In this document: positions 7,701 through 9,858 of the stretch, piece by piece | Numbering within the stretch: the first letter of the stretch is position 1 | Layout of the letters: the number at the start of each line of letters is the position of its first letter | DNA from: Paramicrosporidium saccamoebae KSL3 | Lineage: Eukaryota; Fungi; Cryptomycota | Direction of reading: 5' to 3' | Length of the DNA stretch: 9,858 nt | Assembly (NCBI GenBank): GCA_002794465.1 | Contig: MTSL01000103.1 | Span: forward strand, 1 to 9,858 | Notes under the pieces: generated by a model | Databases searched by the model: none | Told to the model about the DNA's origin: nothing | Seen by the model: only the letters and a program-made list of their open reading frames with translations | Program-made: the position numbers and the translations under genes

Positions 7701-8375
7701 TTTGGCCCCTTGAGTGCTTCAGAAGAGGGCGAACAGTTGTTGGAGTGGAATCAACATCAGCGTCGTCTCTTTTCCCTAACCTCTGATGGATTAATGGTGT
7801 TTGATGCGGCGCGGGAACAGATTGTGCAGCGACTGCAATTGCCGCAGGGACGACCAACGGCTCTGACCAGTGATCGACGGGAATCGCCATTAATGACCAT
7901 TGGCTTTTCTGACGGATGGATTAGACGCTATGATCTCCGACAGCCGGAAAAGTACTTTCTTCTAATCATTTACTGACTGTGTAGGACCCATACGGCTGTC
8001 AGAGGCCATGAAGGCTGGATTGTTGGAGTCAAGACGGTGCCATGGGCTGATCTCATTTCGGCTTCGGTTGACGGCGATCTTTTGCGCTGGGATCTGCGCA
8101 ACCCCACAGCACAACGGATAGACACTCATCGGGGTCTCCTCTCTCTCGATTGCCATTCCGAAGCCGCTCTGCTGGCTGTAGCCGGGGCGGATCAGTCGGT
8201 GCGTCTTTATGACGGGGAAGGCGTTAGTATGGGCAGCATTAAATATCGTGAGGGATTTATGGGACAACGCATTGCTCCCGTCACGGCCCTCTCCTTCCAC
8301 GAACGGAGAATGTTACTTGCCATCGGCAGCAATGACGGCACCACCCTCCTCTACCGCATGAACGGTCTCGGCTGA
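4785..8375 (+). CDS. KOG1: Raptor/Kog1/Mip1, TORC1 scaffold subunit (RNC caspase-like domain, HEAT/ARM region, WD40 propeller), ~1185 aa. Exons 4785-7951 and 7985-8375
   Basis: RNC motifs: [119 protein letters not shown]. WD40 C-terminus: IKYREGFMGQRIAPVTALSFH, matching human IKYYDGFMGQRVGAISCLAFH. The two track ORFs are in the same frame and are joined by a 33-nt intron. The exact start codon is uncertain. Confidence 0.96.
6519..6659 (+). repeat. 27-bp coding minisatellite in KOG1 (about 5.2 units encoding a 9-aa K-T-T-x-N-x-E-T-P repeat)
   Basis: KTTTNVETP KTTKNLETP KTTKNLETP KTTTDAETL RTTTNTETP KT. Units 2 and 3 (6546-6572 and 6573-6599) are identical at the DNA level. A decayed unit (SKKANTEAS) precedes the array. 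Confidence 0.93.
7952..7984 (+). other. 33-nt intron (phase 2) in KOG1
   Basis: GTACTT...TACTGAC-TGTGTAG. It contains the in-frame TGA at 7974-7976. Removing it gives YDLRQPEK|THTAVRGHEGW and a continuous WD40 region. Confidence 0.9.
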
Positions 8376-8651
8376 ATCGGGTCTCTGTTGATTATATACA
8401 TTGTACATGCTGATTCTGCATGTAATTTAGTTGGCATTATATTGCCGCATGTAGCTATAGTACAGTACGGTATGGTATGTAGATGATTGGCCGCCATGAG
8501 TACAGGCCCATAAATTCACATTGATTTTCGTTAAATCCATTTGGTATATGATGACTTTATAGTTGTGTTTTTGTAGAGTTTTTAAATATACTCGTTAAAG
8601 GTTCTTGGTTAATAAACATACTCTTACTCACTCACTCCGTCACTTAACTCT

Positions 8652-9857
8652 TTACTTGTGCAGATGCTCTCTTTTATCGGCGATCCATCTCAGGACGTCC
8701 GTATCTATCGAATCTATATTCTTTGGAAGAATTTTAAAAGTTTTCCACATCCACTCAAAAACAATATAGCATCCTACGTTCGACCCTATTGCGGCAGAAT
8801 TATAAATCTCTACATCACACAGCAATTCTGGATTGATTTCATGCATCGCCATCAGGAATTCTATTTTGCCATGCATTGCAGCCGTCTTTGCGAGCTCAAT
8901 GCCGATGGGGTATCCTCGCTTGTGCAGCCGCTGGAGAACTCGTAAATGACCATACCTTGGTGAATTTGACACCATCATCGACAGCATGTCTCTAGCGTTC
9001 ACCGATTCGAGCCAATCGAGCATCTCCAGGTACATGTCTTCGGATAGCCACTTAAGTGACCAAAGTAGCATTTCCACGTTTGGCAGAATGTTATCGGGGA
9101 GATTGTAGTATATCCATTTCACAATATCTAGTTGGCTTGCTTGAAGGGCAAAGGCACTGCATATGTCCGCATAGATCTTGTGATCATCATGGGCTGCAGT
9201 ACGCAACGTGGTAATTGCGTTAGGACAGGTCTCACGGATCCATTGCAAGACAGACAAGTGGCCATTTCGACAAGCACGTTGCAAGGCCTCGGCTTTCGGG
9301 AGAACTTCTGCCTGATCGTATGTCCATTGGAGAATATGAACTTGTCCAAGTACGGCGGCGTCATTTGCTATCCTTGTCAGTACGCGTCTATCCACAGGTG
9401 GGCTATACTCTTCGCTTAGTTTTCTCAGATCCCCATCGAATATTAGGAACAAACACCAGGCTCTGTGGGACCAGTTAGTATCATCCCGAAGTCGAAGCTG
9501 CGGAATAATCTTGTACAGTTCAGGGTCTGCGTCGGGGTCACTTAACTCTTCGTTCCAATCAATCAGATGGCCGAACATGGTAAGCATCCAAGTAACAATG
9601 TCTGGTTTCTCAAAATAGATGGCAACACATACCAGCCGTGCGTATGACTCCGTAGGGTCGTTTGATGTAAGCAGCCATTTCAAGACATCCAAGTTGCCAC
9701 TCTTTATGGCACGTCTCTCGAGGCCAAACCGTTGAATGAAAGCAGGAAGCGCTGGGAATAGTGCTTTCAGCAATGACAGGCAGTTATGTTTGACTAGCCA
9801 GCGTATATAAATGTTACGAATCTCCCGCTGACCTTTTTTTAGTTTCAGACTGAATTT
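8652..9857 (-). CDS. Divergent ankyrin-repeat protein (A-x3-G-H-L-x-V-L-x-W type), 5'-truncated by the window edge
   Basis: The frame is open from the right edge (KFSLKLKKGQREIRNIYRWLVKHNCLSLLKALF...) to TAA at 8654-8652. The TTG at 9773 in the track is therefore not the true start. It has about 8 degenerate repeats, including AIKSGNLDVLKWL, AIYFEKPDIVTWM, AAVLGQVHILQW, ACRNGHLSVLQWI, ALQASQLDIVKWI, PRYGHLRVLQRL and AAMHGKIEFLMAM. Confidence 0.75.
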   Translation of the reverse strand, partial: KFSLKLKKGQREIRNIYIRWLVKHNCLSLLKALFPALPAFIQRFGLERRAIKSGNLDVLKWLLTSNDPTESYARLVCVAIYFEKPDIVTWMLTMFGHLIDWNEELSDPDADPELYKIIPQLRLRDDTNWSHRAWCLFLIFDGDLRKLSEEYSPPVDRRVLTRIANDAAVLGQVHILQWTYDQAEVLPKAEALQRACRNGHLSVLQWIRETCPNAITTLRTAAHDDHKIYADICSAFALQASQLDIVKWIYYNLPDNILPNVEMLLWSLKWLSEDMYLEMLDWLESVNARDMLSMMVSNSPRYGHLRVLQRLHKRGYPIGIELAKTAAMHGKIEFLMAMHEINPELLCDVEIYNSAAIGSNVGCYIVFEWMWKTFKILPKNIDSIDTDVLRWIADKREHLHK

Positions 9858-9858
9858 C

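Noticed and set aside
7974-7976. In-frame TGA in KOG1 considered as readthrough, selenocysteine or a pseudogenising stop
   Set aside because: It is fully explained by the 33-nt GT-AG intron with a TACTGAC branch site.
4754-8300. Other ORFs overlapping KOG1 (for example 4754..5095, 4825..5211, 7579..7890, 7962..8300)
   Set aside because: They are antisense or alternative-frame shadows of a conserved gene.
8404-8424. 7-bp hairpin TACATGC-N7-GCATGTA in the convergent 3' spacer
   Set aside because: The stem is short, and intrinsic terminators are not expected for Pol II genes.
8658-9419. ORFs 8658..8945, 9128..9364 and 9132..9419
   Set aside because: They overlap the ankyrin-repeat CDS in other frames and lack motifs.

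Overview
This is a gene-dense eukaryotic window, not a prokaryotic one. It looks fungal-like (opisthokont) and has very small spliceosomal introns of 24-34 nt that the ORF track does not model. From left to right: (1) a minus-strand, strongly diverged longin + mu-homology protein (AP medium subunit / delta-COP-like) that runs off the left edge; (2) a divergently transcribed, uncharacterised ~170-aa membrane protein with about 4 TM segments; (3) the splicing factor CLF1/crooked-neck (667 aa after splicing); (4) a canonical tRNA-Thr(UGU) with a Pol III T6 terminator; (5) a ~720-bp spacer holding a degenerate tandem-repeat array; (6) Raptor/KOG1 (~1185 aa after splicing), which carries a 27-bp coding minisatellite encoding TPK repeats; (7) a convergent divergent-ankyrin-repeat protein that starts beyond the right edge. 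Compactness and intron size suggest an early-diverging, microsporidia-related parasite (Rozellomycota-like). That placement is inference only. I found no CRISPR array, rRNA or convincing transposon, and no clearly new multi-gene system. The best leads are the micro-intron architecture, the hidden divergent adaptin-like gene, the Raptor repeat insertion, the giant-virus-style ankyrin protein and a possible unannotated small gene at 1576-1839.
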